Origin: Macrostomum lignano
Taxonomy: Eukaryota
Direction: 5' to 3'
Assembly: GCA_002269645.1 (NCBI GenBank)
Contig: NIVC01001651.1
Coordinates: forward strand, 1-64,000
DNA length: 64,000 nucleotides
The notes under the pieces were generated by a model. That model had not been told where the DNA came from. It was given only the letters and a program-made list of their open reading frames with translations, and did no database searches. A program made the translations under genes and the position numbers. Shown here piece by piece: positions 42,386 through 55,570 of this stretch; position 1 is the first letter of the stretch, and every line of letters begins with the position of its first letter.

Positions 42386-44814
42386 TTTTCACCCTAATTG
42401 GAGTTTATCGAAGACAACTTGTTTAACTTCAATCGGAAAAAAAAGTCCAGTTTGCTCTGCAATTAGAGCAGCCTATGTTTTCCTTCTTATTGGCTTTTTC
42501 CGGTGCCAGCTCTCAGAGTTAGAGGCATCCATCGTGAGGCGTGAGCGATTGAAAATTTAGGATAGCTCTGAGCTGCGGCAGAGATGAGGTTGATGGGAGT
42601 TGAGAACCCCCCTCCTCCTCCCACCCCACAGGCTCATCGCTGCCGGTGGCCTTGGCTGCACAATACGGTTGAGCCATGGTGACGAAATAAAAACTTGAAA
42701 ATAAACAGCTGAAATAGCAACTGGAACACAAATGTTAGTGCAACTATATAGATAAGCACTATATTTTTCCTAATTTTGAATATTGAGAAAAACAGAATAT
42801 TAACCAGATATCCTACTCACACTAAAAGTATAAAGCTATGATAGTAAAATATTGTGAAACATTCGCAAAGATGATCGTGAACAGAGAACGTTTTTTTATT
42901 TAAGGGCCTCTTTAAAATTCATATGCCTACCCAGAATGGTTGGATGAGGGGCGCACCGGATCAAGCAAGTTCATGTTGCCTTTCCAACAACTATCAGATT
43001 CACGAACTGCCGGTGACTGAGAAATCTGCAGCAACCGGAGGCAACAAAAATGACAACGACAACAGCAAAACGCGGCCCTGAGAAGTAAAGGGTGCGTCAG
43101 ATGGCCTCAGAGTCGCACAGCAGACAGTCTACGTATCAATGGCTCGTGCCTGGCCACAGGAAGTCGGTCCCGACGCTCTCATCAGCTCGAACGTTTGCAT
43201 GGAGCAGCCACGAGTGCGCAGAGTCCAGTCCCCGCTCCAGTGTGACCGTCAGCATCCACGTCCCGGCGTTGTACGCCTGGGCCGCGGCATCCGTGTATCA
43301 AGCCCGCTAGAATGTACATGTAAGCCGTGCCGGTGAGCACCTCAATTGAGCGCGAGTCTTGCAGCCCTCAAAGGTACAAGTAAAGTCTTGGGGAAGATAA
43401 TGAAACCGCGGCGTTGGAGGAAAGCGACGTCTTACGAGACACACAGGCCGCGAACCCTACTTATTGAAAGATTTCTAGTGATCGATTTGTAAATCGACGA
43501 GAAAAGGAAAAAAAGCCGGCATTCATCTACTGCCAGCAGTAACCTACAATAGTTTACTGTATGAACACTGTCTAATCTTCAGTTCTGTTTTTAATGCGAT
43601 TTTAGGTGACGATTATAAATTCAGCATATCATCAAGATTCATCAAAATATCGTGTCGTTCTACACCTTCCTTTTTTTAATGAATAAATATTTCGTCTTTT
43701 CTCTTTTTATCATGTCGTGCTCACTAAATATTTTAATAACTATTGCGTCTACTTATCCAGCACAATTTAGTTTTTAGCGGTATTATTTATTTTGTCAGTT
43801 TAAAACAAAATTTTCACACATAGTTGCTCTATTTTGCAGACTAATTCAACCAAATTTATTCTATAAATTACAAATTAAATTTATTAATGGCAGAGACAGA
43901 TTTTTTATTAAAATTATGTATCTCGTTGTATTTTATCATCGCGGATTAAAAAATGGCGCTATTCAAATGTTTACTACATTAAAAAAGAGCTCTTAGAGCT
44001 CCCAATGTCATTTTGTTACAATGTAGTTGTAGCGAGTATGTACTCGTAAGTGCTGTGTCGGAATAGAATTTATTCACAAATTAGAATGCTGACTATTGCA
44101 TAAATTAGTATTACTTGTTAATGTTACCCTAGAAAATTATCATGCTAATTTAGTTCTGCTCCAAACAAGTTTTGCTGTGCACACATTGGTTTTTCTCAAA
44201 TCTGTGCTTGTATAGTCTTTCAAGCAACAAAACAGAATTTAGGCAAACTGGTCTCAAGTAAGGTAGATTTTTAAGTAAATTTACAACTATCTGCGACTAT
44301 TTAGGCTGAAAATTTACACTGGCCGCGTTCATTAATTGTTGTTTTTTATTATTTTTTGTAGACAAAGAAAAACTAAGCTTAATGATTTTATTGTTTTTAT
44401 GGATAGCATTGCATTTAAAATAAAAGACATGTACTCGTATGCTTGCATTCATTTTACTGGAAACTTGTCTGCTACTACTTAAATCACCTTTTAAAGTGTT
44501 TTTTTTTCTCTCATTCTTTTTAAACCTGATGATTTGTAAATAGACATTATTAACATTTTCTTTTGCTGTATTTTTAATTGGTAGAATAAATATCATTTAT
44601 GTTTATTTTTGCCTTGTGTTCAAAATATTTATTAATTCTTGATAATGATTGCACAAAAGTAAAATATTTTTAAGTACAGCCAATGAAATCAAGAGATAAA
44701 TTCTATATGCGAGGGCAAATCGATCTAAACTATAAATCTTGAATATATTTAATCAAACATATACTTCCATTCGTTCATTCATTTATGATAACAATGTCCC
44801 CTACAAATTTGCAG

Positions 44815-45399
44815 GCAGAACGAAATTCTTTGCATCTAGAGATTAGAAACTTTAAAAGATCAAGCCTTCGTTCACTTGGAGAGCAGGAATCACCCAGTGG
44901 TAAGTGCACTATATCTCAGTTTGAAGGAGAATAGGGTACAGATGAGTACATACTGTTAGAGGCACCAAGATGAGAAGAGAATGAGAATAGTGGCACTTAT
45001 CAACCGGCGCATTCTGTACTCGCAGACGACAGAGCAGCACAGAAGCCGGAACCCCCTCCAACGAAGCCGAAGCCCAAAATGACGAGGACTGCTTCGATGC
45101 CGACGCCTCCAGTGCCACCGCCGCGTCAAACGCGACCTCCGCTGATGGCGCAGAACGCCCCGCCACATCAGGTTTCCAATCCTCCCACGCCGAAGCCTCG
45201 CAGATCGTCGGCAAGCGGTCCCAGCGGAGGTCAGCAGTTCTCTATTCTGCAAACGAGTAGAGATCTTAGGAACAGGCCGTTGCCACCCACGCCCGTGGAA
45301 GATCGCAGTCAGCAGCGCAGGAGTCTGCAGCATCGATTCCAGTTTAAGCCGGAGACATTGTTTCCGCCGGCGCAGCCCTTACAGGAATCTGGTCGATAA
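44815..45399 (+). CDS. Last two exons of a WH2/beta-thymosin-like motif + proline-rich protein (5' exons not identified)
   Basis: Exon 44815-44899 (TTGCAG|, G|GTAAGT): AERNSLHLEIRNFKRSSLRSL; phase-1 join to 45026-45399 (CTCGCAG|): Pro-rich, containing RNRPLPPTP, ending at a stop. Confidence 0.6.
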
Positions 45400-47032
45400 A
45401 AGTCGTGACTGGTTTTGATTCGCTCAGTAATTTTTCAAACAGCTCTCGTTGAACAACCTTAGAAATGTGTCTTGTAAGTATTTTTCTCAATGTCCTATCA
45501 AAGGAATATCTTTATTCGTTCTGTGTCGATTTACACGACAAATTAATTATCCATAACTGTTATGTTATCTTTCTCCCAGTTTAATATTTATTTAAGATTT
45601 TGTTAAAATTGTCATATTTTCATATCATACCCTTATCCTCATATTTTTTCTCTGTAAACTTGAGCAGCTGCAGCCACTGTTGCATAATCAAAGTCTGCCA
45701 CTCTTACGGAAAGCGGTTGTTCGTCTGACTGTCAAAGACTAAAAAACCACCAAATATCTGGGTAGCGGAACACCGGATTTTTCACACTTGATTTTTGTCC
45801 CACTGACATTTAGACATCGTCAACTTTCCTTTCTTTAAAATCTGTTATTTTAATTTTAGACTACTAAAAGATAGATATACTACTACTAGTAGTAATACTA
45901 CTAGCAAACTTGGCATTCGTTGGTGTCCAGCACGAGTCCCAAACCCAGTTACGCAGACGTTTAAGCAAAGTGCCGATATTTCGAATATTAATCTACCTTA
46001 GGGTGTTATTCTCATTAATTTTGTTCCTTTGTACCGAAATTTGCTCTTAAAGTTGCTTATTTTTCATTTTAACGCTAACAACTCTTTGACCACTAACTTT
46101 CACTAAAAAAGTTATTTTTAATAACGCTGCTCAACACTGCTGATGCACATTTAATCTGTCCATTCGCAACACTCACTTTTGTTTTAATAATGAAAACTTA
46201 TACTTTTTCATTCATTATTAACACTGATATACAAGATCGCTGTCAACTGCAAATGTACGAAAAACATGCAAACATTCAATGAATGGATTGATTTTTTTTG
46301 TTAAAACTAACTACAGTCCGCTGTAGCTGTAATTATACACTGAAAAAATATTCGTTTTTTATTTTTTTAACTTGCGTTCTGTATTTATTTGTAGTAATTT
46401 CCGTGTTTTCTAGAGTTGTTAAAATTATTCGCAAACATTTAAAACTCAGATATACTTCACACAAACCGAAAAATGCCAGCGAAGGCAATAGTAGAAACGG
46501 AAATTTTGTAAACTCAAAAAATCGCGTTTCGGTATGACAGATTTACGCAGAAGTGACTACTTATACTTAAAAATATCAAGAAGGACCAGGTTTTTCGGGA
46601 TACACTATGTACAACAAAAATATTGCGAAATGATATATATTTTAGAAAAGGTGTACACAAAAAAGAAATTTTTTCAATTTTTATGCAGTTAGAATAAATG
46701 ATAGAATTTAAACCACTTACTCCTTTATGTGTTACTCCTTATTGGTTCTAAAAATAGTAACTCAATGACCTTCACACGGGGGTAGTCAGACCGCCATCTA
46801 ACGTGAATCGAATCCCACCATATTAACATGTGCATGTAAATTGTAAATTTCCTCAAGGTCAAACACCATCACGTGACAGCTCTGAGCCAATGAGCGTTTC
46901 CAGTAGAAATGGCCTTAAGAGATTCCCAAAGGTTGCTCCCTCGCATAATCATTACATTAGCGGTGCAAAAAGTTTAATAAGTCCAGTTTCAAAGATTCCT
47001 CATTTCACCATCTCAAACGAAATTCTCGATGA

Positions 47033-48746
47033 TCACTTTCCACCACCGTTCAGTGGCCGAATGGCGTCCAACACGGCGCAGATGTCGCCGTCCTTGGACG
47101 TCAGCAGGCGCGTCAGCCAACCACCGTCGTCATTGAAGCCCATGGCGGTCATGTGCTCGAGGGAGCGGGCAATCTTCGGGTCCAGTGCGGCCACCAGTTC
47201 GAAGCCACCGTCGCTGCAGTTACCGCCGGTGGTGCCGCCGCCAACGAATGAGGCAGAAGTTGCTTCCATTGGCACGGAACCGAAGGCGGCTCCGCTCTCG
47301 GAGTGCGGCGGCGGCGGCGGCGGAGGCTGACTCGGCGTGCAGAAGTTGGACTGGGCCAGGACAGGTCCGCGCGGCCCGGCGCTGGACTCGGCCGAGGCCG
47401 AGCTGCTCGTCTTGATAGTCGCATCCGACGATGGGGTTCGGGCTGTCGAAGCCTGCACGCCAGCGTCAGACTCTTGGCGCATCACCTGCGAGGTGGTGAC
47501 GGTGAAGCTGGAGTCCTTCTTTACAAGTCTGTTTTTGCATTTGCATCACTGAGTCCCTGGGGTATCAGAGTTGGGGTACATCCTGGACGGGTTCTGTTAT
47601 CTTTGTCTAAAACTGTAACTGATGAGTGATGACCATCACAACTAACGTGACCAAAATTTTACACACTAGTGAAGCCTAAGTGTTTGATGTACATTGCTGA
47701 TAGGAGGATTTCCCCTTATTGTTCAAGGTCAAATCTATTTCTGGTTCTGCCTGTCTTACACAAGGTCATAGATATCAATTGCCGCAATTGGACGCAACAG
47801 TAATCACGACATCACGTGATAGCTCTGAGTCAAGAACGTAAAACGTATGTGTTGCCAATAAAAACAGCCTTGAGCGCTTCTCAAGGTTGCTCAAGATATG
47901 CCCTCAATCACTCACTTGGATGGATGCGTCAATGCCCATCGGCTGCAGGGCGGTGCTGATGGCGCTAGTCACGTGCTCAACAAGCAGCTGCTGCTCGGTG
48001 CAGACGCTGGCAGCCGAGGTAGCCAGTGGCGGCGTGGAAGCTCCGCTGCTGACGAGCTCCGTGGCGACTGTCGCCATGGCAGCTGCGTCGCGCATGGCGC
48101 AGCCGCGGCCACCGCGGAGCTGCCCGGACCCGGCATTGTCATCGGTGTTGCCGCTGGCGTGTGACTCGGCGACGGCCAGCTGGCCGCGGTGATGGCGCTG
48201 GAAGCAGCGACGCATCCCCGGATGCTGCCAGCCGCCGCCCCACCCGCCGGCGAAGCCGCCGCCCCAGCCGCCGTCGCCTGGTCGCCGGATTAGCTTCATC
48301 TGGTGCTGGTTGTGCGAGTCCTTATTGAGACAGTCGCGGCAGAGGTCGAAGTCGGGACAGACAAGGCACTTGAACCTGTAGCCCCTGATGCCAGAGTTGC
48401 AGCCGTCGCAGTAGACGCCCAGATGAACAATGGCGTTCTGGTCGAAGGTGTCGGGAGAGCCGACTAGCGAGACGTACACGCGCACGGCAGCGCCGGGCCC
48501 CGAATTCGACAGGGTCAACTGGCCGACAGCGTCAGCCAGTTCGGGGCTGCTGCTGAAAACAATGCGGTCGCCCTCCAGATCGAGCCAGCGCAGGCGCAAC
48601 GGCTTGTTCGGCGAGATGTCGAACACGGACTGGATGCGCTGCACCAAGCAGGCGTAGCCGCGGCCATCGTTGCAGACGGTTTCGGGCAAGCTGAAACGCC
48701 TGATCTCGTCCTCGTAGTACACCTTAAATGGGATCTCAGAGCTCAT
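47033..48746 (-). CDS. SQSTM1: Sequestosome-1/p62 (PB1-ZZ-UBA), 2 exons, about 427 aa
   Basis: Exon 48746-47916 (CAA|GTGAGT): PB1 ([11 protein letters not shown]...[15 protein letters not shown]) and ZZ ([32 protein letters not shown]...H..H). Exon 47485-47033: UBA ([39 protein letters not shown]). Phase-0 junction. Confidence 0.95.
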
Positions 48747-48917
48747 CTTGGTAGGCTTGAGAATTGATAGTGTCCGGAAAATTAGTGTTAACCTTGGTCG
48801 GAATCGGAGCGCGAACGGGTTCTGGCTCTGTTTCAGAATTTTTTCTCCTTAGTTTTATAGGCGTCTTGTGACGAAGGCTTTTTTCACTCGTTTCCAGACC
48901 GACGTATGTTTATCGTT

Positions 48918-48933
48918 GTCATGTGATTCAGCA
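48918..48933 (-). promoter_or_regulatory. Overlapping MiT/TFE M-box (TCATGTGA) and ARE-like element (TGCTGAATCAC) about 180 bp upstream of the p62 ATG
   Basis: Plus strand GTCATGTGATTCAGCA; motif match only. Confidence 0.45.
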
Positions 48934-49674
48934 GAAACGACGCAGAGAGGGGGGGGCCGCCAGTACTGTACGCGGGAAAGAACGGTTGGGTACACGTAGG
49001 GGCCGAATGTACAGTGAGGCATAAAATAGACTTTCAGAGGGCAGAGAGGCAAATGTACATTCCCCGGTCAGGCTTGTACAGGCTTTTGTTCTATTTTTAG
49101 AAACTCACTGAGGGTAAACGTTGAATCTACGTTGGATTTTCGGAATCGGGGTAGACAGGCAGGGAGGAGGTCTAACATTGGCTGAACGAATGCCGCCTCT
49201 TCATGGCAAAGCTGGATCTGGGGTGTCTTTTGTTTTAACGAAATCAGCTGACCCGTAGATGGCGCAACTCTCATACTATTTTCTGCATTGTAATGACTGG
49301 AAATAAATGTCTTGAAGATGGAGGAAAAGGAGAGAGAGAGTTCTAGGGCTCGAACTCAGTCAGCTGATGCGGCCGATGAAACTCGACTGTCTCAAACCTG
49401 GCTAACTAACTCACTTTGTTTACATTGACGACATGTATTTTTAGCTACTCGGCCTGGGTCTGGGCGTGGCTAGCAAAAAGGCGCAATAGAAAAAAGCTTC
49501 TAGTAAGGCAATGAGCAAAATTTATTACTTTTTATTTTGCAGCAATGTGAGTTATCGTCGAAAATATTTTTATGGCTCTTTCTGCATGTATTATGAAAAT
49601 TAACCCAGTGACAATTCATTTTTTGTCCAACTCATTAAGCTTGGTGCCACTGTTCTCCACTGTCTCAAATTTGA

Positions 49675-50412
49675 CGCCAATAGCATGAATCTGGCGCAAT
49701 AGCCTTGAATCTAGCTCCATATCCTTGAATCTGGTGCCATAGCCTTGAATCTGGCGCCATAGCCTTGAATTTGGTGCCGTTGTCGTGAATCTGGCGCCAT
49801 TATAATGAATATGGCGCCATTATAATGAATATGGCGCCATTAACATGAATCTAGCGCCATTATCATGAATCTGGCGCCATTAACATGAAACTGGCACCAT
49901 TATCATGAATCTGGCGCGATTGTCGTGAATCTGGCGACATTATCATGAATCTGGCGCCATTATAATGAATCTGGCGCCCTTAAAATGAATCTGGCGCCAT
50001 TAACATGAAACTGGCACCATTATCATGAATCTGGTGCGATTGTCGTGAATCTGGCGCCATTATCATGAATCTGGCGCGATTGTCGTGAATCTGGCGCTAT
50101 TGTCATGAATCTAGTGCCATTGTCGTGAATCTGGCGCCATTGTCATGAATCTAGTGCCATTGTCGTGAATCTGGTGCCATTGTCATGAATCTGGCGCCAT
50201 TGTCGTGAATCTGGTGCCATTGTCATGAATCTGGCGCTATTGTCGTGAATCTAGCGCCATTGTCGTGAATCTAGCGCCATTGTCGTGAATCTGGCGCTAT
50301 TGTCATTAATCTGGCGCTATTATCGTGAATCTGGCGCCATTATCGTGAATCTGGCGCCATAATCTTGAATCTGGCGCCATAATCTTTAATCTGGCGCCAT
50401 AATCTTGAAGCT
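49675..50412. repeat. 20-bp minisatellite (TGAATCTGGCGCCATTATCA/GTCG)n
   Basis: Direct tandem units. Confidence 0.93.
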
Positions 50413-50884
50413 GGCGGGGCGCCCCTGTCTTACTTTAGCGCATTGACCAGCTTATATTTGCTTATCCAAAACGCCTCGAACCTTTTCTATTTCCGCACAG
50501 ATTTTTCAATAAGCCTTTTTTCGCTACTGTAAGTAGCACTGAAAGAAAATGGTGAACTGAAAGTCACTCAGCTGCGGTTGGTGTTAAGTTGTTTTAGGCG
50601 TTCTCCATCAATTCTCCACCCTTTCTCCACCCTATTAATTGTTTGACTTAGCGTGGTGGCGTGACTCGAATAGTAGAGTGCGAGTACTGTTATGAGCAGA
50701 ACATGTTTCCTTTCGCTTTTCTGTACCTAACACTGAGCTCTTATTTTTTGTACCTGCAATTAGTATAAAATAAATTTATAGCTCCATCAAAAGTACAAAG
50801 CTGCTTTAAAAGCTATTCAATTACTATCGTTATGGAAGTTCATGTCCACTGACCAATCTGAGGGGGGGGGTTTGAGTCAAAGGT

Positions 50885-51455
50885 AGGAGAAGAGGGTCAA
50901 ATCTGGGTGAGGGGGGTCAAAGCTGGGTGAGGGGGGTCAAAGCTGGGTGAGGGGGGTCAAATCTGGGTGAGGGGGTCAAAGCTGGGTGAGGGGGGTCAAA
51001 TCTGGGTGAGGGGGTCAAATCTGGGTGAGGGGGGTCAAATCTGGGTGAGGGGGTCAAATCTGGGTGAGGGGGGTCAAATCTGGGTGAGGGGGGTCAAAGC
51101 TGGGTGAGGGGGGTCAAATCTGGGTGAGGGGGGTCAAATCTGGGTAAGGGTGGTCAAATCTGGGTGAGGGGGTGGTCAAATATGGGTGAGAGGCGTCAAA
51201 TCTGGGTGAGGGGGGTCAAATCTGGGTGAGGGGGGTCAAATCTGGGTGAGAGAGTCAAACTGGGTAAGGGGGGTCAAATCTGGGTGAGGGGGGTCAAATC
51301 TGGGTGAGGGGGGTCAAATCTGGGTGAGGGGGTTAAATCTGGGTGAGGGGTGGGTCAAATATGGGTGAGGGGGTCAAATCTGGGTGAGGGGGTCAAATTT
51401 GGGTGAGGGGGTCAAATCTGGGTGAGGGGGGGTCAAATCTGGGTGAGGGGGTCAA
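50885..51455. repeat. ~20-bp G-rich minisatellite (GGGGGGTCAAATCTGGGTGA)n
   Basis: Direct tandem units with G3 and G5-6 runs. Confidence 0.93.
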
Positions 51456-51864
51456 ATTTTCCGTTTTAGTTTACTAAAAGAATCCATAAAAAAGTTACAA
51501 AAGCGAACCCAAAAAGATATTTGAGCACGGCTGTCTCAAACCCGAAAGTCCAGACTCTGTGCTTACAATCGAAGATGTGAAATTCACAGCCTCAACCCCC
51601 CAGCTCTGTCTGCTTGGAAGCTTGAAGACAGACTGCTTGCTGCAAACAATTGAAAGAAGCTACAATTGCGGCGGCTGAAATGAAAGAGTTAAGAAACAGA
51701 CAGCGCCTTAGGGTCAAAACCCAAGTCCAGGTCGCAAAGGCAGGCCAAGCCCAGTATTCATTTCTATTTTATCGCTTTCCAAGCTCTCCCCCCTCTGTTT
51801 TGGTATATAGCGAGCGACCTATATTCAAATGTAATTTGCTCCTACACACACACTGAGCATATAA

Positions 51865-52136
51865 CAGGGGCGCTGGGGGCAGTTAAAAAGTGAGCAGTCT
51901 GCAAGTCCATACCCAGCCCCTCTCAATAGGCACGTGCGGTAGCTCAACCCCTACACCCACCAAAAAATTTTTTTTACCAACACAGCAATGCGGCTGCAAA
52001 AGTCAGGAGGAGGGTGCCCCCCCCCCCCCTGCTGTGCATAGCGGCTGCTGTATGAGCTCAACTTGACAGGCGCAAGTCGTAAATCAAAAGCCGCAGTCCC
52101 GACAACCAACCCCCCCCCCCCTTTCAAGCGCCCCTG
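51865..52136. mobile_element. Possible MITE with 10-bp TIR CAGGGGCGCT
   Basis: CAGGGGCGCT at 51865-51874 and AGCGCCCCTG at 52127-52136; no TSD found. Confidence 0.3.
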
Positions 52137-53204
52137 CATGCAGGCGACCATTGCTGACCCCCCCCCCCAGCCCAGTGTGACAGCAGCGCCTTCAAAGCCC
52201 TGCCCGCCGCCACTGCCCCTCTCAGCTGCAGCAGAACAGCCGACCCTGGGAGAGGCGCTGCACAGTGAGGGACTGAGGGGAGAGAGAGAGGGGGGAGGCA
52301 GCTCAGGACCCTTCATCAGTAGTCGAGGGGGTTAGGAAGGGGTTGTCGGCCCAAATGCTGCTATCAGGCCACTTAGATTGCATTGCTTTGAAGTCAGCCA
52401 ATGAGAGTCAGTCGGCCAGTTTTGGACTCGCGACTTTGCGTTGTATGCTCGCGCACTGCTACTGCTACTGAGGCTGCTGCTCAGGCTTAAATAAGTTTCA
52501 ATATTAGGCTGCTTACCCCAGAAACTTGCACCAGACCAGGCCCCTAACAACCAACTGTGTGCGTGCGGCCTTTCATTGGAAGACAGAAAGACAGAAAGAC
52601 ACCCGCACACTGTCTGCCCTCCCCAGCACAGCTACACTCGGCGCAAACATATTTATACAAATGTATATTCATATTTGCGCTAGCAGGCGGAGTTGGCGCG
52701 GACACAAGCAGAGCCACCGCATACGCAGAGGAAATACCGCGACAAAGAAGCGTTGCACTTGCTTGACCTATCCGTAAGTATAAGAGCAACCGGACTTCTG
52801 TTACAGCACTTCTTGTTTCGGTGTTGCATTGTAGTTGCATTGCGTTGGATCTACATGTATTTTTTTTGAAAATTCATTTCAACTTTTCAACGCAGTGCCA
52901 CTGCGGTGCCCACCGAGGTGCCTAAACCATCGGGTGCTCTCTTCTCACTGGAGTTTGTGCTCAATTTAATCATATATCTATTTTGTGAGCACTCCATTTT
53001 ACTGCGGTTGTTTGCAGCACCGCTAAAACTTTATTTTGTTTGTCGGTACGGTCCTATATGGCACAAACTAATTTTGCTAATTCTAACTAGTTTGGTCAAT
53101 AAGACTTTTGTTTCATAGAGTTAAGAAAATATTTTTAATCTTTTCATTCCTACGATGTTTGTTCATACCAAATTTTTTAATTTTTTAAATCAATGAAATT
53201 ATCT

Positions 53205-53995
53205 AAGTTCCTCTCCCTCTCCTGTCTCCCTCTCTGGTCTCCCTCTCCTGTCTCCCTCTCTGGTCTCCCTTTCCTGTCTCCCTCTCTGGTCTCCCTCTCT
53301 GGTCTCCCTCTCCTGTCTCCCTCTCTGGTCTCCCTCTCTGGTCTCCCTCTCTGGTCTCCCTCTCTGGTCTCCCTCTCCTGTCTCCCTCCCCTGTCTCCCT
53401 CTCCTGTCTCCCCCTCCTGTCTCCCTCTCTGGTCTCCCTCTCTGGTCTCCCTCTCCTGTCTCCCTCTCCTGTCTCCCTCTCTGGTCTCCCTCTCCTGTCT
53501 CCCTCTCTGGTCTCCCTCTCTGGTCTCCCTCTCTGGTCTCCCTCTCCTGTCTCCCTCTCCTGTCTCCCTCTCCTGTCTCCCTCTCCTGTCTCCCTCTCCT
53601 GTCTCCCTCTCCTGTCTCCCTCTCCTGTCTCCCTCTCCTGTCTCCCTCTCCTGTCTCCCTCTCCTGTCTCCCTCTCCTGTCTCCCTCTCCTGTCTCCCTC
53701 TCCTGTCTCCCTCTCCTGTCTCCCTCTCCTGTCTCCCTCTCCTGTCTCCCTCTCCTGTCTCCCTCTCCTGTCTCCCTCTCCTGTCTCCCTCTCCTGTCTC
53801 CCTCTCCTGACTTCTCTCTCTACTGTTTCCCTCTGGTCTCCCTCTCCTGTCTCCCTCTCTGGTCTCCCTCTCCTGTCTCCCTCTCTTGTCTCCCTCTTTT
53901 ATCTCCCTCTCCTGTCTCCCTCTCTTGTCTACTTATCTTGTCTACTTCTCTTGTCTACTTCTCTTGTCTGCCTCTCTTGTCTCCCTCTCCCCTCC
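53205..53995. repeat. 13-bp pyrimidine array (TCTCCCTCTCCTG/TCTCCCTCTCTGG)n
   Basis: Direct tandem units. Confidence 0.95.
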
Positions 53996-55286
53996 CCTGC
54001 CTGTACAAAGCGTCTGTTTTAGGAACAAAAAGCTGACTTCTTCGAGAGTTTCAACGTGTAATTTTCTGCAACAAACCAATGTTGTTACTGCCAGTAGGCC
54101 AGAATGGCAGGCTAGAAGCATTTCGAATTTGCAAAAAACAATTCCCCAAAGCAGCCCCCCCCAAAAGTGACGGCAGTACACTGCGTACGGAATTATCGGG
54201 GCTTAGAAAGAATACCAGCCATTTACCTATCCGACTTTCTATTCCCATATTTGGGATTTTATCCGCGCCGGCGCTGCAGAGCGCCAATTCCTTCCCAAAC
54301 AGACTAAACTTCGAGACGGCGAAATGTCACGGCAGCGGGAGGGGGTGGCTTGACTTGCAAATTCCTGACAGACCGACGGATCGGGGAGGCTGGCTAGAGA
54401 TAGATGGAGAAATTAGGCAGCCAAGCAAAGTATGAAGACCAGGGACCTCTGCTTACACTTGGACAGAGAGATTGCCTCAAAATTCTAACAACAGTAAGCG
54501 CACAATGTCTGAAAAACAAGTGCGATAGGAGCAAAGACCACTGAAGCATAATAGGACTTAAAAAACTCAAAGATCGTGCAACTTTTGGAGGCCAGTTTCC
54601 TGCAAAAAACTAACTGTGGAGATCGGAAAAAATCTTATTTTATCGCATACTTGCAATCAATGATTGAATTTCATCTGGGCAGTGAAGATTATCACCAATC
54701 CTTTAATTTGGTTCCAGTCCAGGTTATCCCAGAAGTCCCTGGCAGAGGAAGTCGCTGACTGGCCTTGGAGGCCGCAGTGTGGAAGGCAGGTTTCCACTTT
54801 GCCGGGATGGGTCGGGGGGCTTCGTGTGCGCACTTTTCGGGAATTTTCCGATGTCGGACGGATGAACGCGAGGTGAACCAGACAAACAGTGAATTGCATG
54901 TGCAACAGGAACTTTGCAAAATGCTTTTATGAGTTGCTGATAAAATTGTGTCGTTTTAGTTAATCCAGCTGACTCAGTGCAAACGAAGGCATGACCGAAA
55001 TGCGAATGGCACAGGAAATTAATTGTATCAGTTTTTAACCGAAATATTACACTTCGACATCGAATTATTCTGTAACAATTATTCTTCTGTGCTGAAGGGA
55101 TCTGCAACTAGACAATTTTTATCGGCAATTAATAAACATGCTTTGCGCCGGTTCTAAGAATTGGGTCAGTGAATTTGCTTTTTTGGTGTTCTAATTTAGC
55201 AATCTGAGTGCCATTCACCATGGGACAGAGTGCGTCCGTGCCAGACAATGAGCAAATCAGGACCTCTGTAAGACCCTGTACGTGGG

Positions 55287-55570
55287 GTGTGCCATAGCCT
55301 AGTGGTGCAGCGCGGCGCTCTGATGTACCAGCGGCCCAGGCTCGATTCCAAGTGCAGCCACATAAATTTTGGGCTTTATTGGAATACTGGCTTGGCTGTG
55401 CTCGTGCAATTAACGCCTTAGAGTGCCAACCCCCAAGGCGCAGTGAAGTGTACATGTCTAACGATAAATAAAGTCAGGGCCGCTGTACACTCCTGAGTGA
55501 GTGTGTGCCTGTGCCTCTCGCCGGTTGTGCGACAATGTCGCTTAAAGTTCGACAGGGTGCACACAGCCAC
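55287..55570 (+). mobile_element. Degenerate tRNA-headed SINE-like element
   Basis: TAGCCTAGTGG (A-box-like) and GGCTCGATTCC (B-box-like); downstream body shares motifs with 11886-12082. Confidence 0.4.

Noticed and set aside
43092-43336. GC-rich coding-looking stretch (minus frame YTDAAAQAYNAGTWML...)
   Set aside because: No phase-compatible splice sites or recognisable domain; left unannotated.
47560-47620. Possible extra p62 exon after TTTTAG
   Set aside because: All three frames hit stops before rejoining exon 2.
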